A DNA stretch of 64,000 bases from Hyaloraphidium curvatum SAG 235-1 (lineage: Eukaryota > Fungi > Monoblepharomycota): contig JAIVFI010000025.1 of NCBI GenBank assembly GCA_025558095.1, forward strand, positions 124,001 through 188,000, read 5' to 3'. Shown here in pieces: positions 23,641 through 34,922 of the stretch; the first letter of the stretch is position 1, and each line of letters begins with the position of its first letter. The translations under genes and the position numbers were made by a program. The notes under the pieces were generated by a model. That model saw nothing but the letters and a program-made list of their open reading frames with translations. It did no database searches and had not been told where the DNA came from.

Positions 23641-25131
23641 TCAATCGTCCTCGTCCTTATCCTCATCCCTCTCCCTCGGCGCGTTCGGCAGCCCCGCCCT
23701 CCCACACCCCTCCCACTCCACCACCCACCGGTTCGCGATCGCCATCTCGGCCCTCGGCACGCCCTCCCCGCCTTCCTGCAGGCAGAAGTTGAAGTCGAGG
23801 TGCTCGCACCCGCGGGTGCCCGAGTGGTAGCAGTCCCCCCGCAGGCGGAGGAGGGGGGCCGAGTAGAGCGCGGCGCCGCCGAACGCCGAGGTGACGCGGG
23901 AGATGGGTTCCCTCGCAGGTTGTCCCGCCTTGGCCACGTCCGCCGGGGGCAACCTTTCCGGCCCGACGAAACCGCAGTCCCACCCGTCCCACTTGCCCGG
24001 GTACGCCGCGCAACGTCCCCCGTGGGGCACGCTGCAGTTGAACCAAAAGTGCTTGTCCGCCATGAAGACCCTTATCCGGGCGTCCCGGAACGCGAACCGG
24101 TCGCAGTAGAACCCGAAGCTGTCCTCAGAAAAGGGCTCCGCGGGGAACTCGGCCATCGTCCCGTTGGGGAGCGGCGAGTTGCGGTACCATCCGCAGACGC
24201 CGTTGGCAAAGAGCACGGACCACCCCGGCAGGCGGTCGGGCATGGTGTACGGGGAGGGAGGGGCGAGCGGGGGGCGGCCGCCGTGGTCCTTGCGCGGGTG
24301 GGAGCGCGGACCGCCGGAGACCTCGATCCGGGCGGTGCCGAGGCGGCCCACGACCTGCTGCGTGTCCTGCCCCGCGGGGGACGCCGGGGAACCCGCCGCG
24401 GCCCCCGCTTGGCCGGTCTCAACGAGGTCCCACCTCCGCTCGGCCCGCAAGAGGTTCCCCCAAACCCCGTCCCACCCTTCCGTCCCATTCTCCGCGCGCA
24501 CCCGCCACGCGTGGCACATGTCCGTGTCCACCGCCAATAAAAAGTCCACCGGCTCTCCTCCCGGCACCCCGCCCAGGTGGGCTGGGAGGTACCACCCCCA
24601 CGTCCTCAGCGCGTGCAGATACCCGTCCCGCGCTGTCCGCAAGACGCGGAGGTCCTTCTGCCCGGCCGTCTCGGCGGTGAACTGGACCAGCAGCGCCGAG
24701 CGCAGCTTGGTGTGGTTTGAAGGGGGAAGGGGAGGTGCGGGGCGGTCCGGCGGGGCGTACGGCGGCGTCCACGTGCGCAGCGGGTCGTCCTCCCACACTT
24801 TAAGGAAAGGCACGCCCCGCGATTTGAAGAAGCGGCGGAAGGCGCGCGGCGTGCCGTCCTTCGAGTCGTTCTCGACGAGCACGACGTGCACCGCTTTCAC
24901 CATTCCCGCGAGCCGCTCGACGTTCGCCAGCACGCCCGGCAGCTCGTGCGCCGTGTTGCGCGCGATCATCGCGACGAGCACGACGACGTCGGCGGGGCGG
25001 CGCGGGGCAGGGGGTCCGCGAGGGGACAGCGCGCGCCACGCCGCGAACGCGAGCAGCGCCAAAAGGAGCGCGCGGAAGAGCCGGCCGCGCCGCATGCCGT
25101 GGGCGGGCGCGTGGAGGCCCGCGGTGGCCAT
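23641..25131 (-). CDS. Type II membrane GT-A glycosyltransferase (CAP59/GT69-like)
   Basis: N-terminal TM; VVLVENDSKDGT, LRTARDGYL, DxD (AVDTD), VTSAFGGAALY, CEH; intronless. Confidence 0.75.
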   Translation of the reverse strand: MATAGLHAPAHGMRRGRLFRALLLALLAFAAWRALSPRGPPAPRRPADVVVLVAMIARNTAHELPGVLANVERLAGMVKAVHVVLVENDSKDGTPRAFRRFFKSRGVPFLKVWEDDPLRTWTPPYAPPDRPAPPLPPSNHTKLRSALLVQFTAETAGQKDLRVLRTARDGYLHALRTWGWYLPAHLGGVPGGEPVDFLLAVDTDMCHAWRVRAENGTEGWDGVWGNLLRAERRWDLVETGQAGAAAGSPASPAGQDTQQVVGRLGTARIEVSGGPRSHPRKDHGGRPPLAPPSPYTMPDRLPGWSVLFANGVCGWYRNSPLPNGTMAEFPAEPFSEDSFGFYCDRFAFRDARIRVFMADKHFWFNCSVPHGGRCAAYPGKWDGWDCGFVGPERLPPADVAKAGQPAREPISRVTSAFGGAALYSAPLLRLRGDCYHSGTRGCEHLDFNFCLQEGGEGVPRAEMAIANRWVVEWEGCGRAGLPNAPRERDEDKDEDD

Positions 25132-25402
25132 GCCCCGCGCGCCGCGGGGACTCGAGACTCAAGGTGACCGGGGATTCAAGGGACGGAGAGTCAAGGGATC
25201 GGGAGATGACTAGCTCGCTTCGGCATAGGTTTCTTTCCAGTGATGTGCTTCGATAGACGGATATCCGGCTTTATTGGGCGGGTTTCTTTGGGAAAGCATG
25301 GCCGCAGGACCGGCAGATCGAGCCGCGGCAACAGCAAGGCCAGCCCGTTCATTCATCAGGTCAATGCGCCATCTTCATTCGTCGGAGCGAGATGACTGCT
25401 CG

Positions 25403-25684
25403 TCATTCATCGTCTTGCGCGAAGCCGACGTCCCCTTCCGAGACCCTCATCCACATGTCCACCTTGAACGCGGCCTCGTCACCCTCCCCGGCGTGCAGAT
25501 GCACGACGTGGACCTTGCTGTACCCCCGCTTGAGCATTTCCTCGACGTACGCGAGGTGTTCCTCGTCCACCGACGTGTCGAAGTCGAATATGACGAGCTC
25601 GTCGGCCGCCGGGGGTCCGCTGAAGAGGACGGGCAGCGAGGACGTCGTGCCGCCCTCCAGTACGAGCTCCTCGATCCCGCACAC
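25403..25684 (-). CDS. Small acidic hypothetical protein or gene remnant
   Basis: Coding-like composition, but no in-frame ATG was found, so it would need an unidentified upstream exon. Confidence 0.3.
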   Translation of the reverse strand: MCGIEELVLEGGTTSSLPVLFSGPPAADELVIFDFDTSVDEEHLAYVEEMLKRGYSKVHVVHLHAGEGDEAAFKVDMWMRVSEGDVGFAQDDE

Positions 25685-26016
25685 GGGAGCGAGCGAGGCA
25701 GCATGAAATGAAAAGAAGTTCCGTTCCGATGTTGCTGAAAATCAGCGACGGTGATGGACGGACGGGTTGCCCCGGCACTTGGCTAACTGCCCATGGGGCA
25801 GTTGCACGACCTGGAGCATTACCGACCCTGGTAGAAAAGCCTCTGTCCGAACGAAACACGAGCGGCATCCAGCGAATCCCGGTCGAAGCATTTGTGGAGC
25901 GCCGACCATGGGGCTTCTACGGACACGATGCGACGCGATGCGGGCGGTTTTGCGTGCGGCCATTTCTGGCCATCGCGCCCTTCGATCCCCCAAACGCTCC
26001 CTCGCCCGATTTCGCG

Positions 26017-27532
26017 ATGCCTACCGCCGCCGCCCTCGTGATGTTCCTCCTCCTCGCCGGGCCGTGCGCCGCACAGCCGCCGACGCGCATCGTCAAGGTG
26101 CTGGAGCACGCCCGGCATGGGATTCGGGCGCCCGTGTCGGACACGCTGGCGTTCACTACGGCGCCGCCGTGCTGCTCCGCCGCCCAATTCTTCTCGGTGT
26201 GGCCGATGGGCCCCGGTAATCTGACGCTGCTGGGCGGCCAGCTGCACCAGGAGCTGGGCGCCTACGCGCGGCAGGCCTATTCCGGCACCACCGCGTTCCC
26301 GGACCAGTACGATCCCCTGAAAGTCTACATCGTCGGGGACGTCGACGACGCGCGGTGCGTGTACAGCGCCATGAACCAGAGCGTCGGGCTCTTTCCCGGG
26401 GCGGCGCCGGGGGTGCTGCCGGACTACGGCCGGGCGTCCCTTTCGGCGTTCTTCTGGGGCACCAGGTCCGACGGGTTGGTGGACACCGCCATCTCCGCAT
26501 TTCGATGCTCACCCATCCCGGATTGTCAGGGCCAAATGTCCCTTCTTCGTCGCCAACACGGTCCGCAACGAGGCCTCGCCCTTTTACGCAAACATCGGCG
26601 CCTCCGTCTTCCCCCAGATGCAGGCCGTCTGCAACAACTCGGTCGGCACCCCCACCTGCGCGGGCCTGGGCCCCATTGAGATGCTCCAATGGTCGCAGTC
26701 GTCCGCGGACGTGGCCATGTCCTCGTTCGCCTACGGGAGCTACAACGGGACGGGGGCGGGCAACGTGCTCCCCGGCTGGATGTCCGACGAGCTGTTCGAT
26801 GCCCTGCAGGCCGGTTCGGACGCGTCGGAGTACTGGGCGCCCAACTACAACGCCGAGAACCCCGCGTGGCCGCAAGGTTCGTCCGCCGCTATTCGTTCCG
26901 CGGCACCCGGATCACTCACCCCGCCAACGACGACAGGCAAGCAGGTCCAGTTCGGCGGATTCTTCCAGCTGCTCTCGCTCTTCCTCTCCTCCAACGCCTC
27001 CTGGGCGCAGGGCACGGGGATCAACGCCGCCTACTCCTTCCCCACGGGCCTCGATCCCGCCAACACCACCTTTGCCGTGATCGTCGGCCACGACACCTCG
27101 GTGGACCTCGTGCTCACGGCCCTGGGGGTGTACCAGCGGTTCAACTACTCGCATCCGCCGTTCGCCGCCGCGCTCTTTTTCGAGCTGCACCAGTCGGCGG
27201 CGAACGCCTCGGATTTCTTCGTGAGGACGCAGTACAGGTACCAGTTCTGGAACAAGGCGAACGCCACGGTGGTCCCCGTAGTGCCGTCGTTCTGCCCCGC
27301 GGAGCTCTGCCCGCTGCGCACCTTCGTCGCCTACATGCGCGACAACCTGTACCAGGCGAACCTGGAGGCGTTCAAGGATCAGTGCGGCAAGAACGGGACG
27401 GCGACGACGACGGCGGCGACTGTGACCGCCACGGCGACGGCGTCGACGAGCAGACCTGCGGGGGCGGCGGCGTTCCGGAGGGGTTGGGAATGGAGAATCG
27501 CCGCGATTGCGGCGGTGGCAGCGGTCATGTAG
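26017..27532 (+). CDS. Secreted, probably GPI-anchored histidine acid phosphatase
   Basis: Signal peptide, RHGIRAP, GHD motif, Thr-rich tail plus hydrophobic C-terminus; two introns. Confidence 0.9.
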
Positions 27533-27811
27533 AAGCGGTCACACGAAAGATAGTTGCTTCGACATGAAATTGAGCGGCGCCGTCGCCATATGCGGGCCGC
27601 AATGCCGCATGGATTTGGTGGGGGAGGATCGGGGTGGCTGGGCGGTGACGTCAACCGAAGCAAGTTTCTGCGCAGAAGGTCCGCCTAGCGAGCGTTCCAT
27701 CGGAACGGAAACCTCGGGGGACATTTTCGAAGGACTTTCCGACCTCCGAAGAATAAAAAGCAAGAGGAGGAGCGCTCGCCGTCTCCCAGCAAGGCAACCC
27801 ATCGCACTAAG

Positions 27812-29536
27812 ATGGCTCTCGTCTCCATCTCCCTCACCTTGCTTCTCGCGGCCGCCGTCGCAGCGGTCCTGGCCTGGCGCCGTGTTGCCGACGCGGCGCG
27901 CTTCCTGGCGGCCCGCTTCTCGGACTACTTCCTCAGCCCGATGCGGAGCATCCCCGCGCCCTTCTCGGCGCTCTGGAACCCCAACATCTTCGTCGAGGAC
28001 ATCGTGTCCGGCGCCCGCCACTTCCGCTGGGAGGCCATCCACGACAAGCTCGGCTCCATCGTGCGCACCAACACCTTCACCGTCTCGGTCGCCGACCCCG
28101 CCCTCGCGCAGTGCATCCTGAAGGCGCGCGACCTCCCCAAGGTGCGTCACGGGCATGCTCCTCGGTGCTGCCGACTGACGATTCCCTCAGGCGTCGATCT
28201 TCTACGACCTCTTCCGGCTGCCGCAATTGCCCCCATCCATGTTCAACACCACGGACAAGGACTATCACCGCACCCGGCGCCGGCTCATGTCGCCCTCCTT
28301 CTCGATCGCCTACCTCAACGGGCTCGAGGGACACATGTCGCAGGTGTGGAGCCAACTTACCGGCCGCGTCGATCGGGACATCGCCTCGACGCCGGAGAAG
28401 GAGGCCAGGCTCAACATCGTGCAGCTGATGAACGGCGCGGCCTCGGACGTGATCGGCGCCACTGCTTTCGGGCAATCGTTCGGCGCCGTGGACTCGGCGG
28501 AGCAGCACCCGTTCCTGAAGGCCATGGACGGTTTTTTGAAGAGCCTGATGATGTGGACCGCGGCGCCGCAGCTGTTCGAGCAGTGGCGCACTCTCCCCAC
28601 CGCCGGCTCGCTCGAGTTCATGGAGAAGTTCACCGCCGACATCGTCGCGGAGAGGCAGCAGCTGACGGCTGCAAATCCGGACGCGGCGCCCAAGGACATC
28701 TTGCAGAACCTGATCACCGCCAAGGACAAGGAGAGCGGCGCGACCCTCAACTTTGATGAGATCGTCACCGAGTCATCGCTCATGCTCGGGGCCGGCGGTG
28801 AGTCCCCGCGCGACGGCCTCGATCGAGCACTGGCTGACTGCGGGCACAGGTGATACGACCGCCATGACCATGTCCTGGGTCATCTACTTCCTGGCCAAGA
28901 ACCCCGAATACGTCCCCAAGCTTCGCGCCGAGCTCGCCTCGCTCCCGCGCCAGGACGGCCTCTTCCACCACTCGGACCTCAAAGCCCTCCCCCTCCTCAA
29001 CGGCATGATCAACGAGACCCTCCGCCTGCACCCGCTCAACGTCGGCGTCCCGCGGATGGCCCCGGCCGGGGGCTTCACCTTCGAGCGCGACGGCAAGAAC
29101 GTGACCATCCCCGAAAACACCGTGATCATCGTCAACACCTGGACGATGCACCGCAGCCCGGCGCTGTGGAAGCGTGCGCGGGACTGGTGGCCGGAGCGGT
29201 GGCAGCAGGCCGAGGCCGAGGAGGCCGAACCGGGGCCGAGGACGGTGTACAAGGACGCGTTCTTCCCGTTCTCGATGGGATCGAGGGACTGCATCGGCAA
29301 GGTGGGCATCCGACTGGAGCCACTTTCTTGCCCGCGCTTACCTGGATCGCCCCCAGAACTTTGCAATGCAGGAGATGCGCATCATGATCGCCAACTTCGT
29401 CGTCAGGTACGACTTCCGGCTCGCGGAGGGCTCCGAGACCGTCGAACCGTGCGAGAACTTTGTTTTGCAGCCCGCGGGGAAGCGGATCGACATGATGGTG
29501 CGGCGGAGGGCGACGAATGTGGCCGCGACGGCTTGA
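27812..29536 (+). CDS. Cytochrome P450
   Basis: N-terminal anchor, AG(G)DTT I-helix, ETLR, PERW, FSMGSRDCIG heme motif; three introns. Confidence 0.93.
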
Positions 29537-29788
29537 TTTGGATCAGCGGGTCGGCACAACATGGAAATGTGTACTCCCATTTGAATGAATGTTCGCTTCG
29601 AATGTTCTGATCTTGTTCGTGAGGCCAGTGTGGTGCCGCCTCGAGAAACCTCTGCGCTGTGTTGCGGGCGGCTTCGACCGTGGCGGGGTAGGCCGCACTG
29701 CCACAACCGATTTCCAACCGCCCCTGCGCCGAAGGTCCGCCTCGCAGAGCCCCTGTTCCATCGCGCGGCTGTGGCGGCCATGAATTCC

Positions 29789-29794
29789 TATAAA
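29789..29794 (+). promoter_or_regulatory. Putative TATA box
   Basis: TATAAA in GC-rich DNA about 155 nt upstream of the ATG at 29948, followed by a C/T-rich leader. Confidence 0.4.
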
Positions 29795-29947
29795 GACCCG
29801 GGGCCGGGAGGGCCGAACCCACCATCACCTGAACCCGAACAAGGCCGCGAACCACCCTACCTCCTCTCCTGCACTGGAATCGACTCCGATCTCAATCGGA
29901 CTTTGCCGACACCGCGAATCTTCTTCTCATACACCTCCAAACGCGCC

Positions 29948-30433
29948 ATGAAGGTCTCGACCGTCCTCGCCACCGTCGCCGCGTGTGCCGCGGCCGCCAC
30001 CGGCGCCGCCGCCGCCCCGCTGGCCTCCTCGAACTCTGGCTACTACCCGCCCACCACGCCCCCCAACAACGTGAAATGGGTCTGGGGCGGATGCCTCCCG
30101 AGCTCCGCGAACCCGAACATGCAGTGCACCTACTCCACAAAGTACTATTCTGGCGATTTGGCCGGCGACCTCACCCCGGACGGGCAGCAGTGCGGGGATC
30201 CCACCGCCGCCTTCTGGTGCGGCTCCTTCGTGGACCCCACCAAGAGCTTCTACCCCGGCGAGAGCACGGACTACATCCTGCCCGCGTACGCGAGGTGGCA
30301 CTACGTGGGGTGCTCGTCCACGAGCGCGCCGCTGAGCTGCCCGGCCAACGTGCAGGTCTACCAGACCTACCACGGGCAGACCCCGGACAACACCCAGTGC
30401 GCCCAGGGGACGGGCTTGTGGTGTGGGTACTAG
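29948..30433 (+). CDS. Small secreted protein with two tandem 4-Cys modules
   Basis: Signal MKVSTVLATVAACAAAATGAAA; two repeats of W..GC...C...Y...G..TPD..QC...WCG. Confidence 0.8.
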   Translation: MKVSTVLATVAACAAAATGAAAAPLASSNSGYYPPTTPPNNVKWVWGGCLPSSANPNMQCTYSTKYYSGDLAGDLTPDGQQCGDPTAAFWCGSFVDPTKSFYPGESTDYILPAYARWHYVGCSSTSAPLSCPANVQVYQTYHGQTPDNTQCAQGTGLWCGY

Positions 30434-30772
30434 GTCGTGGCAACCGAAAGCCTGCGATGTATTCCCAGAGCAGAAATACCACTACAGAACAATCCTACGA
30501 ATTGCGTCCACCTGGCACCAGGCCATCTCAAACCGCCGAGAAGCAGAAGCTCTCCAGCGTCGCCGACACCCCGAATGCGCGCAGCACCGTCCAGAGCGCT
30601 GCGGTCGGCGCGCTTCCCGCGGGACGGGGTGCTGGACAACCTCGTCTTGCACATGGCTGGAATCAGTCAGTCACGAACGCGATCGGGCCCGATCACGACT
30701 CTACATCCCCCATCGCTCCCTGGGCGACGGCGCCCTCTGCATACTCGACTCCTCGCGGGGGGGCGGGTCGCG

Positions 30773-33700
30773 ATGCAGCCCGCCCGGGAGGCGGGAAGGA
30801 GGCCCGGCGATGGACGTCCGAGCGGAACGGCGGTGCCCGGCAGCTCTGGAAGCGCGGGGACGGACCGAACGGCCGGTGCCGACGCCAAACCTCGCCTGGC
30901 GCGCTCCAAGACCTCCTTTTGGGTGGAGGAGAACGACATCTCCTACGACCGGGACGTCTGCCTCGGCAAGGGCGGCTTCGGCATCGTGTACAGGGGAAAG
31001 TACCTCGGGCTCACGGACGTGGCCGTCAAGGTGGCGCTGGACGTGTACAGCACCGAGCAGGCGGACGCATTTCTCGAGGCCGAGGTTAAGGTGTGGGCGG
31101 AGCTGCCGGCGCACCGCAACGGTGGGGCCTTGACTGGCGGATTGCCTCGTCGAGTTGACGAGTCCATCTGCTCAGTTGTGCCACTCCTCGGATACCGCAC
31201 CGCACCGACGCTGCTCATCACCGAGCTCTTCCACGGCGGCAGCATGAAGAGCTTCCTTGAGAAGAAGGCTTGGGACCGGGACCTCGCCCTGCGACTTCTG
31301 GCCGACGCTGCGGTGGGCATGACGTTCCTGCACTCGAAGGGTGTCGTCCATTCGGACCTCAAAGCCGAGAACGTGCTCGTCGACGACACCGGCGGCACCC
31401 CGGTCGCCAAGATTGCCGACTTTGGCCTGGCCAAGGTGCGCACGCGTGTCGAGGACACGCAGGGCAACAAGGCGTACCAGTACCGCGGGCTCGCCGGGGC
31501 GACGATCCGCTACGCGCCGCCCGAGTTCTTCGAAGACGAGCCGCTGCGCAAGCCCTCGGACGTGTGGACCTTCGCGATGATGTGCTACCAGGTCTTTTCG
31601 GGCGGGCGGGATCCGTACGAGAACCTCAGTTCTGCACCAGCCGTTTGTGGCACTGCTGCCGTCTCATTCATCCTTTCTCACTCCTGCGCCGCCTTAGATC
31701 ATGAAGGCCATGTTCCGCGGGGATCGGCCGTCCCGGCCAGACGGGGTCCCCGACGCCGTGTGGGAACTGATGGTCTCGTGCTGGGCCGAGGAGATGGAGG
31801 CACGGCCGACCATGATCGCGGTCGCGACGGCGTTGAAGCGGGTTCTGGAGCAGCCCGCCGTGAAAAAGGCCGTCTGGGTGGAAGTGACCGACGTGGAGAT
31901 ATTCCGTGATCGGCCGCTGGGTTCGGGCGGGTTCGGAGAGGTGTTCCGCGGCCGGTTCCGCGGCGCCGACGTGGCGGTGAAGGTGATCGATGGGACAATG
32001 GAGGAGGATCGAGCGCGGGCGCTGTTCGAGGCCGAGCTGAAGATGTGGATTGACGTGCCGCAGCACAGGAACCGTGGGTTCGTCGCAAGATGTGCCATGA
32101 TCTCTGCTAACGACGCTCTTCACCCAGTCGTTCCCCTGATTGCGTACCGCGCCAACCCGACTTTTCTCGTCACGGAACTCTGCTCGGGCGGCAGCCTCAA
32201 GTCCTACCTGTCGAGCAAGGGCTGGCCCAAGCCGCTCTCGCTGCAGCTGCTCGCCAACGCCGCAGCAGGCATTGAGGTGCTGCACGCTGCGGGCATCGCA
32301 CACTCTGACCTGAAGGCCGACAACGTGCTCGTGTCTTTCGACGCTGCCGGCAACCCTGTGGGCAGGATTGCCGACTTTGGCATCTCGAAGCTACGCACGC
32401 GGGTCCACGACAGCAAGGGCAACAAGGGCTATGACTATAAAGGCGTATACGGGGCGACAGTGAGGTTTGCACCGCCCGAGTTCTTCGACCAGGAGCCGAT
32501 GGGGAGGCAGTCTGACGTGTGGACGTTTGGCATGATGTGCTATGAAGTTCTGTCTGGAGGACGGGAGCCTTACGAGGACCTCACCTCGCCGGCAGCAGTT
32601 GGTTTTCACCGCGCGTCCGAATTCCTGGGCTGACACATCGCTGCTCCGTCTCAGGTGATGAGAGCCATCTTTACAGGCAGCCGGCCTCCGCAACCACCCG
32701 GTATTTCAAGCGCAGTTTGGAGCCTTGTTGAGCAATGCTGGAGAGAGGAGCGATCGGAGAGACCCGCCATGGCCGAGCTTGCGGAAGTGCTGCTCGAGGA
32801 ATCTGCATCAGCAGATCAGGAGCGGCGGGACAGGGAGGAACGCGAGGCCGATGCAAGGGCCAGGAGGGAGACCGAAGAGCAGGCGAGGAAGGACGCCGAG
32901 AAGCACGCGAGGAAGAAGGCCGAGGAGAGGGCGAGGAAGGAGGCCGAGGAGCAGGCGAGGAAGGAGGCCGAGGAGCAGGCGAGGAAGGAGGCCGAGGAGC
33001 AGGCGAGGAAGGAGGCCGAGGAGAGGGTGCGCCGCGAGAGGGAGGAGCGCATGCGGAGGGAGGCTGAAGAGGCAGCCCGGCAGGAGACCGCCCGAAAGCT
33101 GCACCGCGACGCAGAACGCCGCATCCGCAATCTGGTTTCCAAGAACGACGTCAACGTCGATTTCTCAAAGAAGCTCGGCGAAGGATCATTCGGCAGTGTT
33201 TACGTGGGCACCCTGCACAAGACGAACCGAGTTGCTGTCAAGGTGCTCAAGGGGGCCTTCGACCGCGAGACCGAGAAGCAGTTCTTGGCTGAGGTCGAGA
33301 TGTGGAGCGGTTTGGTGCAGCGCAACAGTGGGTTCGCTTTCGGGAGCGCTCCAGTGCTCCCCCCGACTAATCCACATCATATGCGCATCTAGTCATGCCC
33401 CTGATGGCCGTCTGCCTGGATCCGCCGATGATGATCAGCGAGATTGCCGACGGCGGCAACATGCGGGGCTACCTCAGTCGCATGAACTGGGACCAAGACC
33501 TCGGATTGCGCCTCATCTGGGAGGTCTCGGCATGGCCTACCTGCACTCGTTCAATGTCCTGCACGGCAACCTCAAGTGCAGCAACGTTCTCGTAGACGAG
33601 GGCCGCGCGCTCATCACCGACTTCGGCCTCTCCCACATCCGCGATCGAGCCACGGCGATGGAGTTCGAGTGGAACGAGGGGAGGGCCATTGGCGTGTTCG

Positions 33701-34101
33701 ACGAGGATAGGTTCGTGTCCCCCGAGCTGATGAGCGGCGAACCTCTGCGGGCACCTGCAGATACGTTTGCTTTTGCTATGCTGTGCTACGTGGTTGTCAG
33801 CAGGGGGCGGTACCCGTTCGGAGACAAGTCTAACGGGACCGCGGTGCGTAGCCGTTCGCGCCATCGTGCTGTCCCGGAGTTCGCTGACAGCCACCGCCCA
33901 ACGCAGCTAATCTATGCGGTGCTGCACAAGGACGAGCGTCCCCAGCGTCCCGAAGGCACGCCGAATGGCGTGTGGCAACTCATGCAGCAATGCTGGGCTC
34001 GCGATCCCGCACAAAGGCCGCCGTTCGCCACCGTTCGGGACCAGCTTCAGGAGCTGCGCAACTCCAGGGCGGAGGTGCCTGCCGCTGTGCTGTACAAGTA
34101 G
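30773..34101 (+). CDS. Tandem triple TKL kinase (kinase-kinase-SAH linker-pseudokinase); third domain frameshifted
   Basis: Three GxGxxG/VAVK/HxxLK/DFG sets in one reading frame after removing six introns. Domain 3 has HGNLK and a frame break at about 33527. Start ATG uncertain (30654 or 30773). Confidence 0.85.
32868..33026 (+). repeat. 24-nt coding tandem repeat encoding EAEEQARK (single alpha-helix spacer)
   Basis: GAGGCCGAGGAGCAGGCGAGGAAG perfect x3 at 32940-33011, with degenerate copies from 32868. Confidence 0.9.
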
Positions 34102-34307
34102 CAGGCTGCACGGTGCGAACCGCGCGGTTTTCAGTTGGGGCGCTGAAGAAGGACAATGGGCCGTTCTGGGCGGCTCCTGCCGTCCATGTAGCTCAATGGA
34201 ATGTGTTCTCCGACCCTACGACAATACAACGAGGTCGCCATGCGCGACAAGGGATCGTTTGGCCTGCAAATCTGCCGCCAAGTAACTCTTGCAAGGTGCA
34301 GTAGGCG

Positions 34308-34769
34308 TCACGCTCCAGCCCTCTTTGCCAGCATCTGCCTGACCGCCTTCCTCGTCGCAGAGCTCCCCACGTCCGCCGGCCTCTTTTCCCGCGCGAACAA
34401 CCCGCTTCCGGGGATGCCCAGCCCCGGATCCACCCTCCAGTCCGCCAACAAAAACCCCACCGCCTCCACGCGATCGTTCTCGCACGCAAGGTATAGCGCT
34501 GTCCGCCCCTTCGCGTCCCGTGCGTTGGGATCCGCCCTCCCGTCCTCCAACAGCACCCGCACCGCTTCTGTCCGGCCCGCCGCCGCGGCGGCCTGCAGCG
34601 CCGTGAAGCCCAGCGCCCCAGTGGCACCAGGCTCGATATCGGGGAGGAGTCGCAGGAGCGTCGGGAGGTCCCCGGCCTCGGCGGCGGAGATGAACGCGTC
34701 CCGAGCCCACGAAAGGACGCAGGTCTTGCGCGTCGAGACGTCGCCGGGCTCAGCGAGCTGCGAGTCCAT
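34308..34769 (-). CDS. Small ankyrin-repeat protein
   Basis: AFISAAEAGD, GFTALQAAAAAG, DPNARDAKGRTALYLAC; likely start MDSQLAE at 34769. Confidence 0.8.
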   Translation of the reverse strand: MDSQLAEPGDVSTRKTCVLSWARDAFISAAEAGDLPTLLRLLPDIEPGATGALGFTALQAAAAAGRTEAVRVLLEDGRADPNARDAKGRTALYLACENDRVEAVGFLLADWRVDPGLGIPGSGLFAREKRPADVGSSATRKAVRQMLAKRAGA

Positions 34770-34922
34770 CGCGTCCCGGCAAATACTGCGAAGCAGGAGT
34801 GCGCCGTCGTCGATTTCCTCGATCGAGCTGGGATGGCGGTGCTTGATGTTGTTGACGCGACGCGCGGTGGCAAGGCAGCCAACGGGCCTGTCTCCCATTC
34901 CTTCTCCTGTCCGTTGCCCACG

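Noticed and set aside
32868-33026. 24-nt repeats as a CRISPR-like array
   Set aside because: No spacers; an in-frame coding repeat in a eukaryotic gene.
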